DNA from: an uncultured Acidobacteriaceae bacterium
Lineage (GTDB): Bacteria > Acidobacteriota > Terriglobia > Terriglobales > Acidobacteriaceae
Reading direction: 5' to 3'
NCBI GenBank assembly: GCA_963843005.1
Contig: CAWJIW010000025.1
Coordinates: 6,157-70,156, forward strand
Length of the DNA stretch: 64,000 bases
The position numbers and the translations under genes were made by a program. Below the pieces are notes generated by a model that worked only from the letters and a program-made list of their open reading frames with translations, was not told the DNA's origin and searched no databases. This document shows, in pieces, positions 10,437 to 19,111 of this stretch (position 1 is its first letter; each line of letters opens with the position of its first letter).

Positions 10437-11141
10437 TCAGGACAGGGGCACTTTCTCCTCTCGACGAATGCTCGAATGATTGTTAATTAGATGTTTCACC
10501 GCGTCGCTCAGGTTCACGGAAGCCACTCTGCTATTGGCCCTTAACTGGTTCACCGCCGGCCACCATTGCGGTCGCACCGCGATGTGTGCGACAAAGCGGA
10601 GCAGGCCAAGTCTTCCACTTTCCTCGATGAAATCCGCCAGCGGCGGCATCACGAATTCAGCTTCGTCGGAGATGGCCTTCACGGCTGCGAAGCCGAAGCC
10701 GTGTTCGCGCGCCACCTGTGCCACAGCCGCTGCTTCCATGTCTACCACGTCCGCGCCGTATTGCTCCCGAAGTTGCCTCTTGGTCTCAGGACTGCTGACT
10801 GCCAGAACCGAGGCGACTACCCACTCCCCGCCTTGCGCCGGATAGCGCTCACCAGTCTCAGCGTCCACAACCTCGCGCGCCCAACCGACATCGCCGACCT
10901 TCAACTGCGGCGACGCGGCGCCGGCGATGCCCGCGGAGACCAGCAGCTCGGGTCGAGCGTAGCGCAGGAGCGCTTCAGCGGCGCGACGCCCCGCCATCCG
11001 CCCGATGCCGCCTAGCGCCACGAGAGCGGAATCCACCTCGAACAGCTCGACTCCTCCGACCCGTTGCGCTCTCCGGCCCCGCAGCAGGGGCGCCAACTCC
11101 GTTCGCAAAGCGGCAACCACACCGATTGGTCTATCCGGCAT
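10437..11141 (-). CDS. hpnG: Hopanoid-associated phosphorylase/nucleosidase HpnG (PNP_UDP_1 family)
   Basis: MTA/SAH-nucleosidase-like sequence (IGVVAALRTE..., VDMEAAAVAQVA, KAISDEA). ATG 11141 overlaps the hpnA stop (ATGCCGGATAG). Operon context. Confidence 0.7.
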   Translation of the reverse strand: MPDRPIGVVAALRTELAPLLRGRRAQRVGGVELFEVDSALVALGGIGRMAGRRAAEALLRYARPELLVSAGIAGAASPQLKVGDVGWAREVVDAETGERYPAQGGEWVVASVLAVSSPETKRQLREQYGADVVDMEAAAVAQVAREHGFGFAAVKAISDEAEFVMPPLADFIEESGRLGLLRFVAHIAVRPQWWPAVNQLRANSRVASVNLSDAVKHLINNHSSIRREEKVPLS

Positions 11142-12119
11142 AGCCGTTCGCCCGAAACCACTCCACCGCCCGTCGCAGGGCCTCATCCACGGGCCCCGGA
11201 TTCCATCCCAGCTCACGCTCTGCCTTGGCGCTGGTGACGTACATCTTCTTGCGTCCGATGCGCACGGCGTCTAGCGTAACCCGCGGTTCGCGCTTCATCA
11301 TCCTGCCGGTCACCAGCGTGTCCACAAAGCCGGTAGCAAACGCGACTGCATACGGCAGCTTGACCTTCGGCGAACCCAGGCCGGTGATCGCGGCCAGCTT
11401 GTCGAGAATCTGCTTGAGGGACAGGTTTTCGCCACCCAGGATGTAACGCTGGCCGGGTACGGCTTTCTCCATGGCCAGCAGATGTCCTTTTGCGCAATCC
11501 ACCACGTCAACCAGGTTCAAGCCTGTATCCACATACGCAGGGAACTTGCGCCGCAGAAAATCCACCACGATCTGTCCGGTCGGCGTGGGCTTGATATCGC
11601 GCTCTCCGATGGGCGTAGTCGGATTCACGATCACCACATTCTGCCCCGCCTGCGCCGCCTCAATCGCCAGTCGCTCCGCCATGAACTTGCTGCGCTTGTA
11701 GTCGCCAATCATGTTGGAGATGGTGACCGGCGTACCCTCGTCGGTAAGCCTGCCGTTGTTGCCGAAGCCCATGGTGGCAACGCTGCTGGTATAGATAACC
11801 CGCCGCACGCCGGTATGTCTCGCCGCTTGCAGGAGGTTGCGAGTACCTTCCACGTTGGAGTCGTAGAGCTCCTGCCCGTTGCGGGCCCAAAGCCGGTAGT
11901 CGGCGGCCACGTGAAAGACAAACTCACATCCCGCCATGCCGTTCTTCAGCGATTCGAGATCGCGCAGATCGCCGATCACGCGCTCGGCGGGAAGGTCCGC
12001 GATGTTGTCGGTGCGACTGGTCGGGCGCACCAGCAGGCGCAATCTGCGCCCCTTGCCAGCAATTGTCGCGCAACGTGGCTGCCCAGAAATCCAGTCGCGC
12101 CTGTGACGAAGCATTTCAT
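11131..12119 (-). CDS. hpnA: Hopanoid-associated NAD-dependent sugar epimerase/dehydratase HpnA (one apparent frameshift near 12050)
   Basis: True N-terminus MKCFVTGATGFLGSHVARQLLARG lies in track ORF 11976-12311. The rest (LRLLVRPTS...HVAADYRLW...) lies in 11131-12114. Confidence 0.75.
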
Positions 12120-12125
12120 ATGTCG

Positions 12126-12235
12126 GTGGTCAGTGGCCGTAGTCCGTTGCCAGTAGTCAGGGAGTTCGCGCTGGATAACCCAGCCGATTGTCGTTCGGGT
12201 CGCTGAAAACTGACAACTGGCTACTGACAACTCGA
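12126..12235. repeat. Heptamer (CAGTTGY / RCAACTG) arrays in inverted orientation between shc and hpnA
   Basis: ggtcagtggccgtagtccgttgccagtagtcag on one side and aactgacaactggctactgacaactcg on the other. Confidence 0.6.
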
Positions 12236-12240
12236 TTTGA

Positions 12241-14232
12241 TCAATCCATGCGACGATTGCCGCGTGCGATCCGCAATTGTTCCTCCTGGTTCGCCGCCGA
12301 CGCCTTGCCATAAGCCGTTAAGGCGAGCAGGGGGAAATACTGCCGGTACATGTAGTACATCAGGTAGAACACGCGAGGAAATCCGGTGCCGGTATAGAGC
12401 GACTCATCCCACGATCCGTCGCGCTGCTGGGTTTTCAACAGGTAGGCGACGCCGCGCTGGAGTGAATCGCTGCGGGTGTCGTTGGCGGCCAGCAGGCCCA
12501 TCACCGCCCAGGCTGTCTGCGAAGCCGTGCTCGGCCCCAGGCCCCTGGTGTTGGGATCGTCATAGGAATCGCACCGCTCACCCCAGCCACCGTCGGGATT
12601 CTGCATCATGCGCAGCCATTCCACCGCCTGCTGCACAAAGGGCTCGTGATAATCGACGCCCACCGCCTCCAGCCCGCGCAGCACCAGCATGGTGCCGTAG
12701 ATGTAGTTGACGCCCCAGCGCCCGAACCACGAACCGTCGGGCTCCTGCTCACGCTTGATGAACTCGATGGCGCGGCGCACCGGCCCGTCCTTCAGCGAAT
12801 ATCCGTAGCTCGCCAGGCACTCCAGCACGCGGCCGGTGATGTCCACCGTCGCGGGATCGAGCATGGCGTTGTGGTCGGCAAACGGAATCTGCTGGAAGAC
12901 CATGCGGTTGTTGTCTTTGTCGAACGAGGCCCAGCCGCCGTTCTTGCACTGCATGGACAGGACCCAATCCAGCGCGCGCTGCACCGACTTGTCGTGATAG
13001 CTCTCGTTGCTGGTCTTGACCCGGCTCAACGCCAGCATTACCTGGGCGCTGTCGTCCACGTCGGGATAAAACTCATTGTTGAACTCGAAGTACCAGCCCG
13101 CCGGGGCGGCCTTGCGGTTCTTCACGCACCAATCGCCACGACGGGTGACCTGCTTCTTCAGCATCCACTCGCACGGCTGCACCAGGCGCGGATCGTTGGC
13201 CGCCACTCCGCTTTCCGCCAGGGCGAAGACGGCATACGCGGTGTCCCAGACCGGTGACATGCAGGGCTGCATCCGGAAGGTACTTTCTTCCTCGATGCCG
13301 AGCCTCTCGAATTCATCCATCGCGCGGATCACCTGCGGATCGTCCAGCGAGTACCCCAGGCAGCGCAACGCGATGATGGAGTTCATGATGCCGGGATAGA
13401 TGGCTCCCAAACCATCGCTCATCTCCAGGCGCTCCAGCATCCACTTCTCCGCCACCTTGATGGCCTGCGACCGCAGCGGCCTCACATGCACGCGCTCCAG
13501 GAAGTGCACCATGCGGTCCAGCACCAGGAAGAAATTGCGCCAGCTGATGAGCTTCTCAGCCCAGTGCAGCCGCAGCCGGCTCTTGCTGCGTCCGCCGACG
13601 AAAAGCTCGTCAATCCCGTGCTCGGGCGGGATCTTCTTGAACGGCTTCTTGGCGTAGGCAATGGAGAGCGGCACCAGGATGGCCCGCGACCAGGACGAAA
13701 TCTCGTAGATGTTGAACCAGAACCATTTGGGAAACAGTACGATCTCGGGAGGAATCGCCGGGACCGCGTCGTAGTCGTATTGCCCCAGGAAGCAGAGGTA
13801 AATCTTGGTGAAGGTGTTGACTTCGGTCACGCCGCCGAGGGCGAGAATGCGCTCACGCGCCTTCTTGAGTTGGGGGTGATCGGGGCTGTAGCCGGCCATC
13901 TTCAGCGCAAAGTAGGCCTTCACCGAGGCGCTGATATTGGAGGGGCCTTCGTTGAAGATCGGCCAGCCGCCATCGGCGTTCTGGCGGTTCAGGATCTCGT
14001 TGGCGCACTTCTGGGTGCGCCCCGCATCCTCAGTCCCCAGAAGCCGGTGCAGCAGGATGTAATCGGAAACCAGGGTCGTGTCCGCGCCTAGTTCGCCGCA
14101 CCAGTAGCCTTCTTCGCGGTCCTGAAGCGAGAACAGGTAGCGCCGCGAGGCGTCGATTGCCGCGGCCACCCGGCTCTTGATGTCGTCAATCTTGCCGAAG
14201 CGCATTTCGGCAGGATTGTGGGGGTCTGCCAT
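12241..14232 (-). CDS. shc: Squalene-hopene cyclase
   Basis: 663-aa intact ORF. DxDD-type catalytic motif in YPDVDDSAQV. Repeated QW-type motifs (e.g. QNADGGWP, QNPDGGWG, QQRDGSW). Confidence 0.95.
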   Translation of the reverse strand: MADPHNPAEMRFGKIDDIKSRVAAAIDASRRYLFSLQDREEGYWCGELGADTTLVSDYILLHRLLGTEDAGRTQKCANEILNRQNADGGWPIFNEGPSNISASVKAYFALKMAGYSPDHPQLKKARERILALGGVTEVNTFTKIYLCFLGQYDYDAVPAIPPEIVLFPKWFWFNIYEISSWSRAILVPLSIAYAKKPFKKIPPEHGIDELFVGGRSKSRLRLHWAEKLISWRNFFLVLDRMVHFLERVHVRPLRSQAIKVAEKWMLERLEMSDGLGAIYPGIMNSIIALRCLGYSLDDPQVIRAMDEFERLGIEEESTFRMQPCMSPVWDTAYAVFALAESGVAANDPRLVQPCEWMLKKQVTRRGDWCVKNRKAAPAGWYFEFNNEFYPDVDDSAQVMLALSRVKTSNESYHDKSVQRALDWVLSMQCKNGGWASFDKDNNRMVFQQIPFADHNAMLDPATVDITGRVLECLASYGYSLKDGPVRRAIEFIKREQEPDGSWFGRWGVNYIYGTMLVLRGLEAVGVDYHEPFVQQAVEWLRMMQNPDGGWGERCDSYDDPNTRGLGPSTASQTAWAVMGLLAANDTRSDSLQRGVAYLLKTQQRDGSWDESLYTGTGFPRVFYLMYYMYRQYFPLLALTAYGKASAANQEEQLRIARGNRRMD

Positions 14233-14249
14233 CTTTCCTTTCTTACCTT

Positions 14250-15221
14250 CTACTCTGCCACGGCGGGCGCAGCGCCAATGGCTTCGACGATCTCGGGTGG
14301 CAATCCGAAGCGCACATTCTCGGGCATCACTTCCACCTCGCGCATGTTGGTAAAGCCCTGCGCTTCCAGGAAATCCACCGCTTCCTGCACCAATATCTCA
14401 GGCGCCGACGCGCCCGCGGTCAAACCGACGGTATTCACGTCCTGCAACCATTCGGGTTGAATCGAGCGATAGTTCTCGATCAAGTGGGCATTCGTCCCCA
14501 GGTTACGCGCGACCTCAACCAACCGGTTGGAGTTCGAGCTGTTGTCCGAGCCTACGACCAGCAGCAGATCACATTCAGCGGCTACGTCTTTCACTGCGGT
14601 CTGGCGATTCTCCGTGGCGTAGCAGATGTCCTGCGCGTGCGGCCCTTGGATGTTGGGAAACCGCTGGCGCAGGGCTTCGATCACATGACGGGTCTCGTCC
14701 AGGCTCAGCGTCGTCTGCGTCAAGTAAGCCACGCGGTCCGGATCGGGCACATGCAGGCTGTCCACCTCGTCCGGCGAGTCCACCACCTGGGTGACGTCTG
14801 GGGCTTCGCCGAGCGTGCCGATGACTTCGTCGTGGTCCCGATGGCCAATGAGAATCAACGAGTACCCCTCGCGGGCGAACTTTACGGCCTCCACGTGGAC
14901 CTTGGTCACCAGCGGGCAGGTCGCATCAATCACCCGCAGCTCGCGGAGTTTGCTGGAGTCCCGCACCTCGGGAGCTACGCCGTGCGCGCTATAAATAACC
15001 CGCTCGCCGGCCGGAACTTCCTGGACGCTGTCCACAAAGATAGCGCCCTTGGCACTCAGTTCGTCCACCACGTAGCGATTGTGGACGATCTCCTTGCGGA
15101 CGTAGATCGGCGCTCCGAAGGTGTCCAGGGCAATGCGGACAATATCAATGGCGCGCACCACGCCCGCGCAGAAGCCCCTGGGCTTCAATAGAAGTAAGGT
15201 CTTGCCAGAACTTTGAGTCAT
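14250..15221 (-). CDS. ispH: 4-hydroxy-3-methylbut-2-enyl diphosphate reductase
   Basis: 323-aa intact ORF with typical LytB/IspH sequence (PRGFCAGVVRAI, IYVRKEIVHN, ATCPLVTKVH). Confidence 0.92.
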   Translation of the reverse strand: MTQSSGKTLLLLKPRGFCAGVVRAIDIVRIALDTFGAPIYVRKEIVHNRYVVDELSAKGAIFVDSVQEVPAGERVIYSAHGVAPEVRDSSKLRELRVIDATCPLVTKVHVEAVKFAREGYSLILIGHRDHDEVIGTLGEAPDVTQVVDSPDEVDSLHVPDPDRVAYLTQTTLSLDETRHVIEALRQRFPNIQGPHAQDICYATENRQTAVKDVAAECDLLLVVGSDNSSNSNRLVEVARNLGTNAHLIENYRSIQPEWLQDVNTVGLTAGASAPEILVQEAVDFLEAQGFTNMREVEVMPENVRFGLPPEIVEAIGAAPAVAE

Positions 15222-15430
15222 TCTCTTGCTGTCCAGTATATGGGCGGAAGCCCGGCTTTCCCCACGATTACTCTATTGTAACAGTGCCGGAATCACCAAT
15301 GTAACGACCTGAAATGGCGCAATTTAGCAGCTTAAACGCGCAAATTTCGCAGCCAACGGCGCAGACGCTAGCGCGGCTGGAAGCCGGCTGCGGGTTACCG
15401 TGAGCACCCCTACAGGTAGCCCTGAAGAAT

Positions 15431-15478
15431 TGTCATCCGGAGCGAGGACTGCAGTCCGAGTTGAGGTATCTGCTTTTC
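15431..15478. repeat. Family C element, half copy (TGTCATCC-GAGCGA head)
   Basis: tgtcatccggagcgaggactgcagtccgagttgaggtatctgc. Close match in reverse orientation at 57789-57831. Confidence 0.6.
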
Positions 15479-15890
15479 TGATTCGTACGATGTGGCAGGA
15501 CACGAAAGATAGGCCCTCGGTTCGGCCGGAGCATGGTTTACGGAACAAGCTCTGGGAACCAGCCTGGATTCGTCCAGCACTTAGTTGCATACGCCCCACC
15601 CTTACTCAAATCCGCAAGAATTATTCAAAAGGATAGTTACTACTATCCGCGTAGATAGCCTCGACCAACCATAAGCCCGCCGGCGACCCATCGCAACTCA
15701 CTCCTAATAGCTGCATATCACTGCAAACATAGGAAACTCACCAAAGTAATGTCATCGTTCCCGGATTGGCACGCGTCGTGCCCTACCAGAATGCATAGCA
15801 GAAGGCCCCTGAAAGCAGAAAAGGCTTAAGGAGCTTGGCTGCAAACCACTTCAATCCGGGTTCCCAGGACAGGAGCCCCAAGGAGGAGTT

Positions 15891-17393
15891 ATGAAGCGCC
15901 ACACTTGCATTTGCAGTTTACTGATTTGCCTTCTGGCTCTGGTCATGGGCGCCAGTGCAGAAACGTTAAGCTTTGCTCAACTGCCGGTCGCGATGAACCC
16001 GACACTGGTCCCGAACGGCTATGCCAACCTCGACTGGTCGGGATTCTCCTACGTGGATCCCATCTGGTCCGGCGCCGGGCCGGGATTCAGACAGGGTCCC
16101 AATGCCCTCAACGTGGGGTTCATGGGCGGGAAGTTGTGTGAGCTTACCGAGATTTCGTGCTCCGCTTCCATCTCCTCAAACACCATCGGCGCAGGCGCGA
16201 CCACGCTCGCAGGCTTTCAGGTCAAGAGTGCGATCGTCGCGGCCGGTTATCACTCCGAGAAGATCAACGTGCTTGCCTACAATCATGGCCAGTATGTGGG
16301 ATCGCAGACCTACACCCTGGGTACTTCGTTGCAAAGCATAAGCTTCCCCTCTAACTGGGGGATGATTACGCAGCTCGTTATCGATACCACCGCTGGAACG
16401 GTGGTGTTATATGACCTGGAGTTGGAGTCTATAGGCTCGAGCGCAAACCTCTCTGTCAGTGAGGATCTCATTGGATCTACGGCGCCTGAGCAGCGTGTGG
16501 GTGCAACTGCCCCCTTTGGCATGGTCGACCCCGCGTCAAGTTCCATAGGTCGGACGGCAATTAGCGTGGGGGCAAGCGCTCGTAAGAAAGTGGGCTCGGT
16601 CACGAACTACGAGGCGCAGTCGGGTTCCGCTCTGGGTAATGGTGACCCCGGTGGGCCGCCGATAAACAAAGTGGGTGCAACTGCCCCCTTTGGCAAGGTC
16701 GACCCCGCGTCAAGTTCCGTAGGTCGGACTGCAATTAGCGTGGGGGCAAGCGCTCGTAAGAAGGTGGGCTCGGTCACGAACTATGAGGCGCAGTCGGGTT
16801 CCGCTCTGGGTAATGGTGACCCTGGTGGCCCGCCGATCAACAAAGTGGGTGCAACTGCCCCCTTTGGCAAGGTCGACCCCGCGTCAAGTTCCGTAGGTCG
16901 GACGGCAATTAGCGTGGGGGCAAGCGCTCGCCAGAAGGTGGGCTCGGTCACGAACACGAGGCGCAGTCGGGTTCCGCTCTGGGTAATGGCACCCGGTGGC
17001 CCGCCGATAAATAAGGTCGGGCCAAATGCCACCTCCGGCCTGGTCGAACCCGGGGCAAGTTCCGTAGGTCGGACGGCAATTAGCGTGGGCGCAAGCGCTC
17101 GCCAGAAGGTGGGCTCGGTCACGAACGCGGCGCAGTCGGGTTTGGGCTCTGGCCCCGACGGCCCGCCGATAAACAAAGTGGGTGCAACTGCCCCCTTTGG
17201 CAAGGTCGACCCGGCGGCAAATTCCGTCAGTCGGACTGCAATTAGCGTGGGACCAAGCGCTCTTAAGAAAGTAGGCTCGGTCACGAACTACGCGGCGCAG
17301 TCGGGTTTGGGCTCTGGCCCTGACGGCCCGCCGATAAACAACGTGGGACCAAATGCCCCCATTGGGATATTGGATCCCCCGCCGCAACATTAA
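15891..17393 (+). CDS. Secreted hypothetical protein: about 190-aa N-terminal domain plus about 5.3 tandem 58-aa repeats
   Basis: AGGAGG RBS and signal peptide (LLICLLALVMGASA). Repeat unit KVGATAPFGKVDPASSSVGRTAISVGASARKKVGSVTNYEAQSGSALGNGDPGGPPIN. Confidence 0.75.
   Translation: MKRHTCICSLLICLLALVMGASAETLSFAQLPVAMNPTLVPNGYANLDWSGFSYVDPIWSGAGPGFRQGPNALNVGFMGGKLCELTEISCSASISSNTIGAGATTLAGFQVKSAIVAAGYHSEKINVLAYNHGQYVGSQTYTLGTSLQSISFPSNWGMITQLVIDTTAGTVVLYDLELESIGSSANLSVSEDLIGSTAPEQRVGATAPFGMVDPASSSIGRTAISVGASARKKVGSVTNYEAQSGSALGNGDPGGPPINKVGATAPFGKVDPASSSVGRTAISVGASARKKVGSVTNYEAQSGSALGNGDPGGPPINKVGATAPFGKVDPASSSVGRTAISVGASARQKVGSVTNTRRSRVPLWVMAPGGPPINKVGPNATSGLVEPGASSVGRTAISVGASARQKVGSVTNAAQSGLGSGPDGPPINKVGATAPFGKVDPAANSVSRTAISVGPSALKKVGSVTNYAAQSGLGSGPDGPPINNVGPNAPIGILDPPPQH
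16497..17390 (+). repeat. Coding tandem repeat, 174-nt unit (later units 171/162/165 nt)
   Basis: Unit starts at 16497, 16671, 16845, 17016, 17178 and 17343. The first three units are near-identical at DNA level. Confidence 0.9.
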
Positions 17394-17433
17394 GGCCACT
17401 TCGTTCGCGCCTTCCCCCGGAGGCCGACGAACC

Positions 17434-17471
17434 AAGCAGGGGCGCAACTGACTCGCCGCCCCTGCTTTTTT
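17434..17471 (+). terminator. Rho-independent terminator
   Basis: Stem gcaggggcg (17436-17444) pairs with cgcccctgc (17457-17465). 12-nt loop, then TTTTTT. Confidence 0.8.
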
Positions 17472-17581
17472 CATGCCATAAAAACAATTCGCGGCGGGGT
17501 TATATTGGCAGCCCGGACAGCAGCGCTCAATATGTGCAGCCCCTGCCTCCCTTGTACAATCCCTCTGGAGGGGACCTCGAC

Positions 17582-18070
17582 ATGACCAGCAGTGACCTGA
17601 TCAACCTGTACGAATTCAGCTATGCAGCCCTCAAACGCAACCTGGACGGCGTCACCCAGGAAGAGAGCATGGTCATGCCCCCGGCGGGCAACTGCCTGAA
17701 CTGGGTTTTGGGCCACCTCGTCTCCGCCCGTGGCCTCGCGCTTAACCTGGCCGGCGGCACTGGGGTCATGCCGGAAGACGCGGCCCAGACTTACCGCCGC
17801 GGATCGGGTCCCCTTGGTCCCAACGACAAGGTCCTTGATATCGGCACGCTGCGGGGCCTCCTGAGTGACTCCCAGCAGCAACTGGTCGCGGCCCTGGCGG
17901 CTATGTCGGATGAGACGCTGGCTCTTCCCGTGCCCGAGCAGTTCCGGCGCCCGCCGCTGACCGGCTCCATCGGGGACGCGCTCGCCCGTCTCTGCTTTCA
18001 CGAGGGTTATCACAACGGACAGATTGGACTGTTGCGCCGAATCGCCGGCAAGCCGGGAGCAATCGCGTAG
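17582..18070 (+). CDS. DinB family protein
   Basis: GGAGGGG RBS before ATG 17582. DinB_2-like four-helix signature including C-terminal HEGYHNGQI. Confidence 0.75.
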   Translation: MTSSDLINLYEFSYAALKRNLDGVTQEESMVMPPAGNCLNWVLGHLVSARGLALNLAGGTGVMPEDAAQTYRRGSGPLGPNDKVLDIGTLRGLLSDSQQQLVAALAAMSDETLALPVPEQFRRPPLTGSIGDALARLCFHEGYHNGQIGLLRRIAGKPGAIA

Positions 18071-18096
18071 GTTCGACGGCGACCGTCACGAGCAAA

Positions 18097-18354
18097 ATGG
18101 GACAAAACTTCTCCAATCGTGGGCAGATCGTACAAATTGTTGTAGCCAGTATCGCTGTTTTCTTTGTGGGGCTGGCGACCTACGCTGCCCATCTTGGAAC
18201 GGTTCCACCGTTTCTTTGGCTCTTGCTTATTTCTGCCGCAATTGCATCGGCGGTAATCGCTATCTTGAATCTGTGGGTCGGGTGGGGTCACAGCTCTTCT
18301 GGTTCCTCCAGAGAAAGCAGTGATTGCTTCACCAGCAACCGAGCAGAGTGCTAA
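18097..18354 (+). CDS. Small hypothetical membrane protein (2 predicted TM segments)
   Basis: 85-aa ORF with two hydrophobic stretches (IVQIVVASIAVFFVGLATYAA; FLWLLLISAAIASAVIAILNLWV). Lies in a patch that looks lower in GC. Confidence 0.4.
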   Translation: MGQNFSNRGQIVQIVVASIAVFFVGLATYAAHLGTVPPFLWLLLISAAIASAVIAILNLWVGWGHSSSGSSRESSDCFTSNRAEC

Positions 18355-18901
18355 AGGGGTGGTATCGGCGCAGCCGGTTCTAACAACTAAGATCGCGTTT
18401 ACATACTTGCCGAGAAGTCCGCTGGAGAATGGCTGGACAATAGCGTACAGGAGCGACGATGCTCACCCTAACTTTTCAACTACTCGGGCTAACTCTGAAA
18501 CCGCTCTATCGATGGTTGTCGGCGAATATTTTGCTATGGAACACGAGATTCCGAGAAACGCTCAATTTTCCAGGAGGCTTCTGTTCTCGGTGATTTACCA
18601 GCCAAATACCATGCTGTTTCTTCAGTTTAACCTGAAAGCCGAGGACGGAAGAACCACATCGGATCTTTGGGTGAAGATTGATCCCGGAACACTACCGCCC
18701 GTGCGGCCGATCAATTACCCCACCGAATATATCTTGCAAGTTCAGGGTTCAGCACAGCCAGACGGCTGGATGCTAATGGACTTATCTCTACCCGAGATTA
18801 TCGAGCGCACATGGTTGCAAGACGGATGGCACTATGAGTCGGTAATAAAGATTCGTCTTCGGGGATCGCTCAGCATCTCACCGATTTCATTGTTTGCTTG
18901 A
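18320..18901 (+). CDS. Hypothetical protein, no recognised family
   Basis: 193-aa ORF in the same patch that looks lower in GC. Start uncertain (GTG 18320 overlaps the previous ORF). Confidence 0.45.
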   Translation: MIASPATEQSAKGVVSAQPVLTTKIAFTYLPRSPLENGWTIAYRSDDAHPNFSTTRANSETALSMVVGEYFAMEHEIPRNAQFSRRLLFSVIYQPNTMLFLQFNLKAEDGRTTSDLWVKIDPGTLPPVRPINYPTEYILQVQGSAQPDGWMLMDLSLPEIIERTWLQDGWHYESVIKIRLRGSLSISPISLFA

Positions 18902-19080
18902 CAATGCGCTTCTCGCAATGCGAGCACGACCAAAATCACGGGCAATGGAGTACTGCGAATTGTTGAACTGGAGTTTTTATTGCGGGCACGATACTTGCAA
19001 GGAAGTTGGCAAACAACTTTTTCCCGTAGCCCCGATCCGGTTCTTCGTGGTGCGCCCTGTAATGCTGATCGGGCGAAACC

Positions 19081-19110
19081 GGCAACTGACAACTGACCAC
19101 TGACAACTGC
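19081..19110. repeat. Heptamer array (CAACTGA)n
   Basis: ggcaactgacaactgaccactgacaactgc, immediately 3' of recN. Confidence 0.7.
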
Positions 19111-19111
19111 T

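Noticed and set aside
15324-15599. 91-aa ORF in the ispH upstream intergenic region.
   Set aside because: It spans a Family C repeat copy (15431-15478), has no RBS or family signature, and sits in a region that is otherwise promoter or leader space.
15891-17393. Possibility that the repeat protein is the variable target of a diversity-generating retroelement.
   Set aside because: There is no reverse transcriptase gene or template-repeat/variable-repeat pair with adenine-specific differences in the window. Differences between units are indels and scattered substitutions.
16781-17474. Minus-strand ORFs 16781-17284 and 16884-17474 (167 and 196 aa), and 16310-16603.
   Set aside because: They are antisense read-through of the 174-nt coding tandem repeat. 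Their periodic sequence mirrors the plus-strand repeats. The plus-strand gene has an RBS, a signal peptide and a terminator.
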